A stretch of DNA of 64,000 nt from Parcubacteria bacterium C7867-001 (GCA_001189095.1 LFCK01000004.1:5674-69673), one strand, 5' to 3'; counted from the first letter of the stretch, positions 41,196 to 49,941 are shown. Numbers and translations are program-made. Notes: a model not told the origin generated them from the sequence alone.

Positions 41196-41951
41196 CTAGG
41201 CGCGAAGTGCGTGCGGGTGTTTACCACTCCATGCATGGAAAACGATTCCCGCTGAGACGGCGACGTTCAAGGATTCGGTGCGGGGATGCATCGGAATAGA
41301 AAGAGTGATGTCGCAGGTCTCGAGCGTCTTTTCGCGGATGCCGTCGCCTTCGTTGCCGAAAACAAACACTGCTGGCGCGTCGAAGTTTTCATTCTGAATT
41401 TGTTCGCCGTCCATGGCGAGGCCGTAGATCCAGAAGCCTTTGTCCTTGAGTGTTCGGAGCGTTGTATTCACGTTGCCTATTGAAACGAGCGGAATGCGGA
41501 ATGCCATGCCGGCCGAAGTCTTCACGACGGTACCGGTCACCTGTGCTTGGTTGTGTTCAGGAATGAGAACGCCAGCGAGTCCGAAGGCGGCAGCCGAACG
41601 GATGATGGCTCCCACATTATGGGGATCTTGTACTTCGCCAAGAACCGCGAGCGCCGTCGCCTTGGTCGGCGTAAGTTCGCGAATGAAATCATCGAATGAG
41701 CGAACAAGGAGGCCGGTGTCGACAACTGCGATGACGCCCTGATGCGTCTTGTCGTCACCGACCTTGCGGTTTGCTTCGCCAGCTTTGAGCTCGCTTACGG
41801 GAATGCCGCGCTGCTTCAGCTTGCTGCGAAGTGCAGCATCGGAAACGTCGGGCGAAAGGTGGACACGCTTAATGACCTGCGGTGCGCTCTCAAGCGCTTC
41901 CATCAGTGCGTTCTTGCCGTATATGTATGCTTTTTCGAGGGGTTTGGGCAT
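41196..41951 (-). CDS. rlmB: 23S rRNA Gm2251 methyltransferase (SpoU/TrmH family)
   Basis: HQGV, DPHNVGAIIRSA, GNEGDG, ESLNVAVS. Confidence 0.92.
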   Translation of the reverse strand: MPKPLEKAYIYGKNALMEALESAPQVIKRVHLSPDVSDAALRSKLKQRGIPVSELKAGEANRKVGDDKTHQGVIAVVDTGLLVRSFDDFIRELTPTKATALAVLGEVQDPHNVGAIIRSAAAFGLAGVLIPEHNQAQVTGTVVKTSAGMAFRIPLVSIGNVNTTLRTLKDKGFWIYGLAMDGEQIQNENFDAPAVFVFGNEGDGIREKTLETCDITLSIPMHPRTESLNVAVSAGIVFHAWSGKHPHALRA

Positions 41952-41977
41952 GGGAAAAGGGTTAGTCGCCTACGGCT

Positions 41978-41996
41978 TTCGGATCCTGTATCGCGC
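41978..41996. repeat. Inverted copy of the tRNA-Val 3' end
   Basis: ttcggatcctgtatcgcgc matches the tRNA 3' segment ttcgaatcctgtatcgcgc at 18/19, in opposite orientation. Confidence 0.75.
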
Positions 41997-42045
41997 TACA
42001 AAAACAATAGTCGCATATTGCTACGCAATCGGCTCCTTTGTTTTG

Positions 42046-42118
42046 TGCGCGATACAGGATTCGAACCTGTGACCCTCCCCACGTCAAGGGGATGCTCTAC
42101 CAACTGAGCTAACCGCGC
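42046..42118 (-). tRNA. tRNA-Val(GAC)
   Basis: gcgcggt/atcgcgc, tcccc-ttGACgt-gggga, ggttcgaatcc. Confidence 0.95.
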
Positions 42119-42163
42119 GTATGCGTCGCACTTTAACCCAAAAATGGCTACTATTCAATATAT

Positions 42164-42961
42164 ATGGAGCCGTACGTAGTCCTCGAGAAGAAGGTGGGGG
42201 AGACGCCGCTCATGGCCATGGAGACATGGAAGCGCTCGCGTCCGGACCTTAAGAACGTTCCCGTTACCTATGCGGGCAGGCTCGACCCGATGGCGAGTGG
42301 GAAGCTGCTCGTGCTGCTTGGTGAGGAGTGCAAGAAGAAGGACTCGTACTTGAATCTCGATAAGGAGTATGAGATCGAGGTCTTGCTCGACATTGGAAGC
42401 GATACAGGCGACGCACTCGGTCTTGTTACCTACTCGAATCTCGAAGTGCGTACGAACCCGAAGATGCTCGCAAGTATTCTCAAGAATGAAGAGGGTGCGC
42501 ACATGCGCTCGTATCCTGCTTTTTCTTCGAAACCCGCAGGCGGTATCCCACTTTTCAAGCGTGCGCTTATGGGAACTCTCGACGAAGTCGAAACTCCCGA
42601 GCACATGGAAGTCATACGTAGTATCAAATACACCGGCTCGTACACACTCAGTACCGATGAGCTCAAGAAGGGAATAGAAGAATATCTCGAGAAAGTTCCG
42701 AAGAATGATGAGCGCTCGAAGGAGGTTGGTGCCGACTTTCGCATACATGACGTACGAGCCTCGTGGAAAGAGCTGTGGAGCGGGATGCGTGAGCGCGAAT
42801 TTCGTGTGCTGCGGTTGCGTGTTTCCTGCGGAAGCGGATCGTATATGCGTACGCTCGCGGGACGCATTGGTGAAGCGCTTGGTACCAAATCGCTTGCACT
42901 CTCCATACGTCGTACGAAGCTCGGTCGAGAATGGAATGGCGTCTGGCTGAAATCATACTGA
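42164..42961 (+). CDS. truB: tRNA pseudouridine synthase B-like protein
   Basis: YAGRLDPMASG, KEYE, CGSGSYMRTLA, SIRRTKLG. Confidence 0.8.
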   Translation: MEPYVVLEKKVGETPLMAMETWKRSRPDLKNVPVTYAGRLDPMASGKLLVLLGEECKKKDSYLNLDKEYEIEVLLDIGSDTGDALGLVTYSNLEVRTNPKMLASILKNEEGAHMRSYPAFSSKPAGGIPLFKRALMGTLDEVETPEHMEVIRSIKYTGSYTLSTDELKKGIEEYLEKVPKNDERSKEVGADFRIHDVRASWKELWSGMREREFRVLRLRVSCGSGSYMRTLAGRIGEALGTKSLALSIRRTKLGREWNGVWLKSY

Positions 42962-43008
42962 TATTCATACTCGCTTCACACGGAAAGGCACATGATTGAG
43001 AAGTTCGG

Positions 43009-43146
43009 ACGCGCGGCGGGGCTGCGTGCTCTGAGCACCTCTGTTCTTTCTCCTTAGAGCGCTCAAAATAGCTGCCGCGCGTATCGCGGTATGCAAACGG
43101 GGACACGCGCAGATTCAATCTGCGCGTGTCCCCGCGTATGCCAGCG
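43009..43146. repeat. Twin-hairpin intergenic element
   Basis: acgcgcggc...gccgcgcgt, and an 18-bp perfect inverted repeat cggggacacgcgcagatt-c-aatctgcgcgtgtccccg (43098-43134). Confidence 0.6.
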
Positions 43147-43190
43147 TTCGCTGGCGCGCTTTTGATCCGCATGTTGCATACTACCTACAT

Positions 43191-44435
43191 ATGAAAACCA
43201 GACAGGTTCTTATCGTCATCGCGTTCCTCCTCGTTATTGGTGGTGGATACGGTACGTATACGTATCTAAAGGAGAAACCGCCACATTGGTTGATTGGTCT
43301 CCTCACGCGCACTGCACCGCCGCCGCCACTTCCCGAAGGAGAGACGGCGCCGCTTACGCTACCGGAAGGTTTTGTAGCAACCATTTTTGCACGGGACATC
43401 ACGGGTGCACGTGTCATGCTTCGTGACCCAAAAGGCACGCTACTCGTTTCTGAAACGGGGGTAGGGAAGGTTGTCGCGCTCCCTGATGTAAATAGCGATG
43501 GAGTTGCAGACAAAACAGTTACGGTGCTCGAGGGTCTGAGACAACCGCACGGCCTTTCCATCATTTGTGCTGACACAGGAAACGCGAGCGCCGATCAGGA
43601 TGCCTGCATGCTCTACGTTGCGGAAACAGGTTCACTCAAGTCGTATGCGTATGACGCCGACACCATGAAAGCGTCGAGTCCAACAGAGCTTGCCCAATTT
43701 CCAGCGGGTGACGGCCACTTTACTCGCACACTGCTTCCCGCGAAGGATAACTCGGGACTCTTCATTTCAATTGGATCTTCGTGCAACGTTTGCAACGAGA
43801 AGAATCCGTTACGTGCGACCGTACAGCTCTTTGATTTCGCAACGCAGAAGCTGACGACGTATGCAACGGGGCTACGCAACACGGTCTTTATGGCGTATGA
43901 CCCCGTGACCGGCGCGCTCTGGGGAACGGACAATGGGCGTGATGTCATTGGTGAGGATATTCCACCGGACGAAGTAAATATCATCAAACAAGGCGGCAAT
44001 TACGGGTGGCCCGTTTGTTACGGCGCAAACATAAACGATCGCGACTTTGATAAAAACGTCTACATTCAGAATCCTTGTAACGGAAAAATCGCACCGCATA
44101 TTGAGCTTCAGGCGCACTCAGCGCCGCTCGGACTCGCGTTCATTCCCGAAGAAGGTTGGCCGGCGGATATGCGTAACGACCTTCTCGTCGCGTATCACGG
44201 CTCATGGAATAGGTCCGTACCAACTGGCTACAAAGTTGTGCGCTTCAATCTCGACGGTTCGCGCAAAGCGTCGGGAGGTCCTATCGACTTCGTTACCGGC
44301 TTTCTTGCTGCAGGAGCAGAAGAAGACGCTGCAATAGGAAGGCCGGTCGGACTTCTTGCAGAGCCAGGTGGCGTCGTGTATCTCTCCGATGATCGAGCGA
44401 ACGCCATCTACAAGATTCGCTACGCAGGGAACTAA
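43191..44435 (+). CDS. PQQ-dependent sugar/sorbosone dehydrogenase family (beta-propeller)
   Basis: SIGSSCNVC, ATGLRN, DNGRD, PPDE, NYGWP, AHSAPLG, HGSWNR, GRPVG. Confidence 0.9.
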   Translation: MKTRQVLIVIAFLLVIGGGYGTYTYLKEKPPHWLIGLLTRTAPPPPLPEGETAPLTLPEGFVATIFARDITGARVMLRDPKGTLLVSETGVGKVVALPDVNSDGVADKTVTVLEGLRQPHGLSIICADTGNASADQDACMLYVAETGSLKSYAYDADTMKASSPTELAQFPAGDGHFTRTLLPAKDNSGLFISIGSSCNVCNEKNPLRATVQLFDFATQKLTTYATGLRNTVFMAYDPVTGALWGTDNGRDVIGEDIPPDEVNIIKQGGNYGWPVCYGANINDRDFDKNVYIQNPCNGKIAPHIELQAHSAPLGLAFIPEEGWPADMRNDLLVAYHGSWNRSVPTGYKVVRFNLDGSRKASGGPIDFVTGFLAAGAEEDAAIGRPVGLLAEPGGVVYLSDDRANAIYKIRYAGN

Positions 44436-44510
44436 GCATCCATCGTTCACGACAAATTGTTATAGTATCTGAGAGCGTTCATTACGAATGCTTTCACGAG
44501 GAGTGAGTGA

Positions 44511-44771
44511 ATGTACGGACTCTTGAAAGATGCTCCGGTTCCGGAAACGGAACGTACGGAACCACCGCGAAAGGTTGCTCCGCTCGATTCGAATGAGACG
44601 CGTGCTATGGAAGCGCGCATCCAAGAGCTCGTCGAGAAGACGGGTCAGAGCAGGCAAACCATTCTGCAGCGGGCGATCCGCATTGCGATGGGGCAACTGC
44701 CAACGGGCTGTCCGGGGACAAACCTCGACTGTCCACATCGGGCAACGTGTCTTGCGAATGCGCAGGACTAA
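44511..44771 (+). CDS. Hypothetical protein, possible ribbon-helix-helix with a C-terminal Cys/His cluster
   Basis: IQELVEKTGQSRQTILQRAI; GCPGTNLDCPHRATC; SD AGGAG. Confidence 0.5.
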   Translation: MYGLLKDAPVPETERTEPPRKVAPLDSNETRAMEARIQELVEKTGQSRQTILQRAIRIAMGQLPTGCPGTNLDCPHRATCLANAQD

Positions 44772-44904
44772 CGTCCTAAAAATACGAGCCGGCGCCATAG
44801 GCGCCGGCTTTTCCAATTTCAGAAACTTTACAAGAAACAGGGAATGGGGCATAGTGCGAATCAGTTGAACGTGCCGCACCCTGCGGCTTATTCAGGAGGT
44901 AGTA

Positions 44905-45216
44905 ATGCCCAAGATTGAAAAAGTGGAAGGCGAAACCTTTTCGCTGCGCGTGACGCGTCGCAAAAGCCGCAAACGTTCGAAGCGCACTTCTGAGAGCGCG
45001 CGTATCCGCGTGAAGTGCGGCTGCTGCGACGAGGCTGTCGAGATTTCGCATGACGATCGTCTCATCAGTCCGGCGAGTAATTTCCTCGAGATCAACGGGG
45101 TCATGGGCACCGTCCAGGAGTGGAGGCACGTTTTCGCCCCGCTGCTTGGCTTCCAACCGGTGGTTTCGACCGCGAAGGGCGGCGCCAAGAAGACGACGTG
45201 GGAAAGCCTCATCTAG
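44905..45216 (+). CDS. Hypothetical basic protein with a CGCC motif
   Basis: SD AGGAGG; IRVKCGCCDE, LEINGV; terminator after the stop. Confidence 0.6.
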   Translation: MPKIEKVEGETFSLRVTRRKSRKRSKRTSESARIRVKCGCCDEAVEISHDDRLISPASNFLEINGVMGTVQEWRHVFAPLLGFQPVVSTAKGGAKKTTWESLI

Positions 45217-45302
45217 GCTCCACCGACAAGAATACAAAGCACGGCCAGAATGGCCGTGCTTTCTTTGTCTATATACGATTTTGTGTTATGTTTTCTTACT
45301 AC

Positions 45303-45374
45303 GGCCCTATCGTCTAACGGTTAGGACAGATCCCTTTCACGGATCAAATCGGGGTTCGATTCCCCGTGGGGTCA
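45303..45374 (+). tRNA. tRNA-Glu(TTC)
   Basis: ggcccta/tggggtc, gatcc-ctTTCac-ggatc, cgggg-ttcgatt-ccccg. Confidence 0.95.
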
Positions 45375-45377
45375 CAA

Positions 45378-45546
45378 GGAGAGGTGGCTATGAATATAGT
45401 GGGATTATATTCATCCGCGTAGACGGGAGTGTCCGAGGAGGACACGAAGTCACCGAACCGATGAAATACGGAGAGGTGGCTACGAACATGATGGGATCGT
45501 GTTCGTCCCCGAAGAGGGGAGTGTCCGAGGAGGACACGAAGTCACC
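45378..45546 (+). repeat. Two tandem ~77-nt structured repeats (45378-45454, 45470-45546)
   Basis: Both begin GGAGAGGTGGCT and end GAGTGTCCGAGGAGGACACGAAGTCACC; internal hairpins covary. Confidence 0.85.
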
Positions 45547-47214
45547 TCGATTGAGTGAAGCGAAGGAGAGGTGGCTGAGTGGTCGAAGGCACCACACTCG
45601 AAATGTGGCGTACGGGAAACTGTACCGAGAGTTCGAATCTCTCCCTCTCCGCAATACTGGTGAAGAGGTGGCGAAAGCTACCTCTTTTCCTTTATCTACT
45701 TGGGTTTTTAGCAGTTCGTAATCTTTATTCAGCTTCGGTACCCACTCAACCAATAATTGAGCCGCATCTGTGTAGAATCTCCTTATTTCAAGCCTGTTTT
45801 GCTGTAAGTTCGTAAAGATTTGTGAAAAGAGTAATCGCTTCTCATCATTGTTGGCTTTCTCATAGATTTCCCGTGCCTTGTACGCGAGTTCGTGCACAGC
45901 AACTCCTAACTGTAGGTATTCATCGTTCTTATCACCACAACGAACCAGGGCGCTTTCAAGAGCCTCTTCCTCGGTTATCAAATCTCCAATCTTTCTCTCG
46001 AAAAATTCTGCTGGAGCCTCACGATTTATCTTTGCTTCATAGAGCTTATCCTTTTGGGCGCGAACACCTTGCAGCAATCCGTTGAGACGCTTCACATCAC
46101 TTTCGCGTTCAGTAATCTGCTCACTGTGTTGGCTTCTTAAAATATCTTCAATAGCCGAAAGCACACGCTCATCTTTTGGAGCGATGCTATCAAAAATATC
46201 AATAAGCTGTAATTCAACTCTATCCTCTCGAATGCCTGTCTTTTGAGGACAGTTCTTAAAGGCGGTACTGTTATTACAATGCCCGTACCAATTACCTTTC
46301 TTTTGATACCACGTAACCATCCCACCGCATCCCTCACAGAAAATCTTGCTCTTAAATAAAGCGTTGTGCTTTTGATACTTTGGATTCTTCATCTGTCGTC
46401 TCAAGACAAGCTGCACTTTCTCAAAAACATCCCTAGCGACAAGCGGCTCGTGAGTTCCAGGGTACACTTCTCCTAGCCATCGTATTTTGCCGATATAGAA
46501 AGGGTCTTGCAGTAAGTTATAGATTCGGGATTTCAATAGCATCTTGCCGCTCGTATTGCGCAATCCAGCATCGTAAAACTCTTTTTCCAGTCGCTTGAGT
46601 GAATAATCTCCCGTTGCGTACAACTCAAACATTTTCTTTATATGAAAAGCAACAGCCTCATTAGGCGCGTGGATTTTATGTCCTTTTTCTCCCACACACT
46701 TGTAGCCAATAAGAGGCTTGGCAGGTAGTCCGCCTTGTGCGATTTTTTCCTTTTGCCCCTTCTTCACTTCTTCTGAAAGATTTGTAACGTACTTTTTCGC
46801 AAGCACAATTTCAATATCCCACCTAAACTTCTCATCAGATTTAGCATTTTTGTGAATGACAAGATTTTGTTTTACGAAATGGATTTGTCTTTCTTCGTTA
46901 GCCTCAAGCCAGTCATTGATAGCTAGAGCATCTTTAAGGTTTCTGGTAAGTCGGTCAACTTTTTCGCAGAGGATATTAGTGACTCTATTTTTCTCTGTGA
47001 ATTTAATCATCTCATCGAATACCTTGCGTTGCTTGGCTCCGCTTGCTGATTCTGCCATCGAAAATATCTTTACGACGGTCAACTTTCTTTTATCAGCATG
47101 TTCTTTAAGTAATTTTTCCTGTGAATCGAGGGAATATCCAGTTTCTTCCTGTTCTCTTGAGGAGACTCGACAGTAGAGTACAGCTTTTGGTTTTAATTCT
47201 TTGTTAGTAGTCAT
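45388..47214 (-). CDS. Large serine recombinase (resolvase + recombinase + Zn ribbon); reading frame runs on antisense through tRNA-Ser
   Basis: AVLYCRVSSREQ, EKVDRLTRN, HEPLV, CEGCGG...HC...C. Confidence 0.93.
   Translation of the reverse strand: MTTNKELKPKAVLYCRVSSREQEETGYSLDSQEKLLKEHADKRKLTVVKIFSMAESASGAKQRKVFDEMIKFTEKNRVTNILCEKVDRLTRNLKDALAINDWLEANEERQIHFVKQNLVIHKNAKSDEKFRWDIEIVLAKKYVTNLSEEVKKGQKEKIAQGGLPAKPLIGYKCVGEKGHKIHAPNEAVAFHIKKMFELYATGDYSLKRLEKEFYDAGLRNTSGKMLLKSRIYNLLQDPFYIGKIRWLGEVYPGTHEPLVARDVFEKVQLVLRRQMKNPKYQKHNALFKSKIFCEGCGGMVTWYQKKGNWYGHCNNSTAFKNCPQKTGIREDRVELQLIDIFDSIAPKDERVLSAIEDILRSQHSEQITERESDVKRLNGLLQGVRAQKDKLYEAKINREAPAEFFERKIGDLITEEEALESALVRCGDKNDEYLQLGVAVHELAYKAREIYEKANNDEKRLLFSQIFTNLQQNRLEIRRFYTDAAQLLVEWVPKLNKDYELLKTQVDKGKEVAFATSSPVLRRGRDSNSRYSFPYATFRVWCLRPLSHLSFASLNRGDFVSSSDTPLFGDEHDPIMFVATSPYFIGSVTSCPPRTLPSTRMNIIPLYS
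45565..45651 (+). tRNA. tRNA-Ser(CGA)
   Basis: ggagagg/cctctcc, ccaca-ctCGAaa-tgtgg, long variable arm. Confidence 0.95.
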
Positions 47215-47230
47215 AAATTTATTTGGAATG

Positions 47231-47575
47231 TTATTTCTTGGAGAAGTGTTTTGTGAGAATCACTGTCACAAGAATCGTTATTATTAAAATAAGCGCAAAC
47301 ACGATTACATTTCCATATTCATTTATGCCTGCTTGCGAAGGCGCGTTCTCTGCGGTAGTTGTCGGTTGAATTTTCAAGGCATCAAGCTCACTTCGGATTT
47401 CTTGGACTTGCGTTTTCAGTTCAGTATTTTCTTGCTGGAGATTTGAGCTTGGTTGCTGATTCTGCTGTCTTTGATAGTAAGTCTGTATACACGTTTGAAG
47501 CGCAGCCTCATCAGTGGTCTTACAACCTGTTGCAGTATCTTGATATTGTTTTTGAAACTGTAGAATTTTTGCCAT
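47231..47575 (-). CDS. Hypothetical protein with a coiled coil and C-terminal TM anchor
   Basis: MAKILQFQ..., Gln-rich, C-terminal VIVFALILIITILVTVIL-KK; start uncertain. Confidence 0.55.
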   Translation of the reverse strand: MAKILQFQKQYQDTATGCKTTDEAALQTCIQTYYQRQQNQQPSSNLQQENTELKTQVQEIRSELDALKIQPTTTAENAPSQAGINEYGNVIVFALILIITILVTVILTKHFSKK

Positions 47576-47753
47576 AGGTGCTAGCACCTGTAGCAGTCCG
47601 TTACGCAAAAAGGGACAGCCCAGGAGCCTGCTACCCACAAGATTGAATTGCACGAGGCAACCAATTGCGGAGGTCTGGACTGCCCCTTTTCGCCCACAAT
47701 TGGGGCTTAAAAAAGCAGAGACCTCGTGCACTATTCAAAACTTATGGGTAGCA
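47576..47753 (-). ncRNA. Putative structured leader / cis-regulatory RNA
   Basis: Interleaved inverted repeats whose mismatches are mostly G-U on the minus strand; promoter TTGCCA-16-(TGc)TATACT at 47786-47759. Confidence 0.6.
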
Positions 47754-47772
47754 TAGTAAGTATAGCAAGATG

Positions 47773-47988
47773 TCAGCTTTTGGCAAGTTCAATATCACTA
47801 CTTTTTATTGCCATTTTTATTGCGCTTGCTAATAGCTGAGTTCTTGACCAGCAAACATCCTCGTCGAGGTACCAAGACATCTTAATTTCATCCAACTCTA
47901 CCTTTGTGAGTTCTCGTCCAAAATTTGCTTCAGCAAAACTTTGGATTTCATCCGTATCAAACTCAACTGTAAGTAATATTTCTTCCAT
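47773..47988 (-). CDS. Hypothetical acidic protein
   Basis: 71-aa ORF in the element operon. Confidence 0.6.
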   Translation of the reverse strand: MEEILLTVEFDTDEIQSFAEANFGRELTKVELDEIKMSWYLDEDVCWSRTQLLASAIKMAIKSSDIELAKS

Positions 47989-48031
47989 TTTTTTGGTTAG
48001 TTAAATTTATAAATCTCTATATGATGAAATT

Positions 48032-49753
48032 TTACCCATCATCAGCACTAAAGGGTACGAGGGAGCAGAAGACGCTGTTTTTACCACCCTTCTTTGTGAA
48101 AAGTTGTGAATCTTTAATCATCTCTTCTATGGCTGTCTTGAATGTTGAGTGACCTGTTTTAATCCCAGTCTTTTCGACCAACTTCCATATCTCACTTTTG
48201 ATTAAGGGGGTGCCAGTGTCCTCTAATGCTAGTTGGATAGAGGTTTTCAATTCCTCCTTTTTATTTGTTCTACCTTTGCTCTGTCCTCCATATTTGAAGT
48301 AACCTTTTTCACCGTCACTGTGCAAGCGAACTACAAAAGGTTCCATTTCTTGCCCCTCTCGTAATTTGTTTTGCTGGATGGTTACACTAGCGTCATTGCC
48401 ACGTCTATCAACGGCGAGGTGACAATCCACTTGGGCAAGAATATCTGATGAGCCGCGCATATCCTGTGACGCGTTACTCCTGTCAGCTCCTTTCTTGCGA
48501 TGATGATGGATAACAATGACCGCAATGCCATGATTGGTAACTTCCTTAAAGTGCTTCATTACTTCTCTCATTTCGCTTGCTACATTTTCATCTGAATCGT
48601 GGATACAGATGAGGGAGTCGAAAATCACAAGCTCGATATTTTTGCTTTTCGCAAATTCAATAACTTTTCCTACACTCTCCTTAGTGAGCAAAAAGTCTTT
48701 TTTGGAAGCAATGAAAATAGGCAGCTCGTTATTCTGCAAAAGCAGCTTCGCTCTATCTTTCAGAATCCGTGGATGATTCTCTTCGTCAATAATCAGCACA
48801 GGGCTTTGCCTGGTCTGAAATTCGTCAAATAGCTTCTCACCGCCAGCTATCTTTAGTGCAATATCTAGAGTAATAAAAGTTTTATAAGACCTGGGTGCTC
48901 CAGAAATGATAGTGACAGCTTCGTGTGGAATCAGTCTCTCAACAAGCCATTTAGTATTTTTGTATTCAGTTACAAGTAGTTGTGAAAGCGGTACCGCATC
49001 TATGCCACGGCTAGTTTTAGGTTCGCTTTTTTCTGCTCTCTGTTTCAGCTCTCGATTGGCAATACTGTTGAAGACATTTTTTAATTCTGCATCTGGAAGA
49101 GGTGGTTTGTTGTTTTGATTCCAGCGTTGCATACCAAGCCATACCAGCTCCCAGGTATCCTCTGGAAGATAACCCAGCATTTTTCCTGCCATCTGCGCCG
49201 ATACCTCATTTCTACTTCCTTCCATTACTGGTTTTGCAATGGTTGCTTTCCAGTCAGCATCTTTTTCTTCCTCTCCGAAAGCCCAGTGCGGTAGTTCTGC
49301 AAGTTCCATTTCGCCTGGAGGGATGTTCCAAACGTATTGATTGCCAGATGAAAGTAAAGAGGGTGGCACTACCACGTATCCACCATCAGCTCTAATATCA
49401 ACATTGGGTACAATGCGCACTCGATTCTTCACTTCTCGACCAGGGTGTTTGCAAAATATGTGCCGTCCGCCGCTTGCAGTTTGAGATGCAACAGTAAGAG
49501 GCAGTGGGTAGTCAATTTTTTCTGGAGTATCTATATCAATGACAACAATTCCAGAGATAGCGCCTGTAACGATTCCCACATTCGCATCTGGGTATCTTGT
49601 GAACCACGCCTCAATCTCTTTTTTCGTGGCTCTGGTACGTTGGTAGACTTCCCACTTAATGAGAGCTTTCTTATCTTTGCCGATTGGTATAACAGACCAG
49701 CCTAAATCAGCATATTGAAGCGCGGCTATGAGGTTTTGATTTTCATTTTTCAT
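48032..49753 (-). CDS. Bifunctional primase/polymerase fused to PriCT and an AAA_25 (RepA-like) helicase
   Basis: NVGIVTG..IVVIDID, TASGGRH, DIRADGGYVVVPPS; SGAPRSYKT, IDEEN, IFDSL, HHHRK, RGSSD. Confidence 0.9.
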   Translation of the reverse strand: MKNENQNLIAALQYADLGWSVIPIGKDKKALIKWEVYQRTRATKKEIEAWFTRYPDANVGIVTGAISGIVVIDIDTPEKIDYPLPLTVASQTASGGRHIFCKHPGREVKNRVRIVPNVDIRADGGYVVVPPSLLSSGNQYVWNIPPGEMELAELPHWAFGEEEKDADWKATIAKPVMEGSRNEVSAQMAGKMLGYLPEDTWELVWLGMQRWNQNNKPPLPDAELKNVFNSIANRELKQRAEKSEPKTSRGIDAVPLSQLLVTEYKNTKWLVERLIPHEAVTIISGAPRSYKTFITLDIALKIAGGEKLFDEFQTRQSPVLIIDEENHPRILKDRAKLLLQNNELPIFIASKKDFLLTKESVGKVIEFAKSKNIELVIFDSLICIHDSDENVASEMREVMKHFKEVTNHGIAVIVIHHHRKKGADRSNASQDMRGSSDILAQVDCHLAVDRRGNDASVTIQQNKLREGQEMEPFVVRLHSDGEKGYFKYGGQSKGRTNKKEELKTSIQLALEDTGTPLIKSEIWKLVEKTGIKTGHSTFKTAIEEMIKDSQLFTKKGGKNSVFCSLVPFSADDG

Positions 49754-49757
49754 AAAA

Positions 49758-49940
49758 TTATTTGGCATTGTCTTTGCTTGCTTCTTGATGGAGACGCAAA
49801 TTGATTTTGGCGAGCGTAACGTAAAAAGTAGCGAAGTCTTTTAGAAGTTTCTGTATCTCGCTTTCAGAACGTCCTTCAAAAACACCTGTCTCTTCAATAG
49901 GGATTCGCAGCTTCGCAAGTTGTTGCGGTGTGAACTCCAT
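49758..49940 (-). CDS. Hypothetical protein
   Basis: MEFTPQQL..., tightly packed between its neighbours. Confidence 0.55.
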   Translation of the reverse strand: MEFTPQQLAKLRIPIEETGVFEGRSESEIQKLLKDFATFYVTLAKINLRLHQEASKDNAK

Positions 49941-49941
49941 A

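Noticed and set aside
45378-45651. CRISPR array
   Set aside because: Only two long (~77 nt) internally divergent units with 15-18 nt linkers and no cas genes; the third 'repeat' is a tRNA start.
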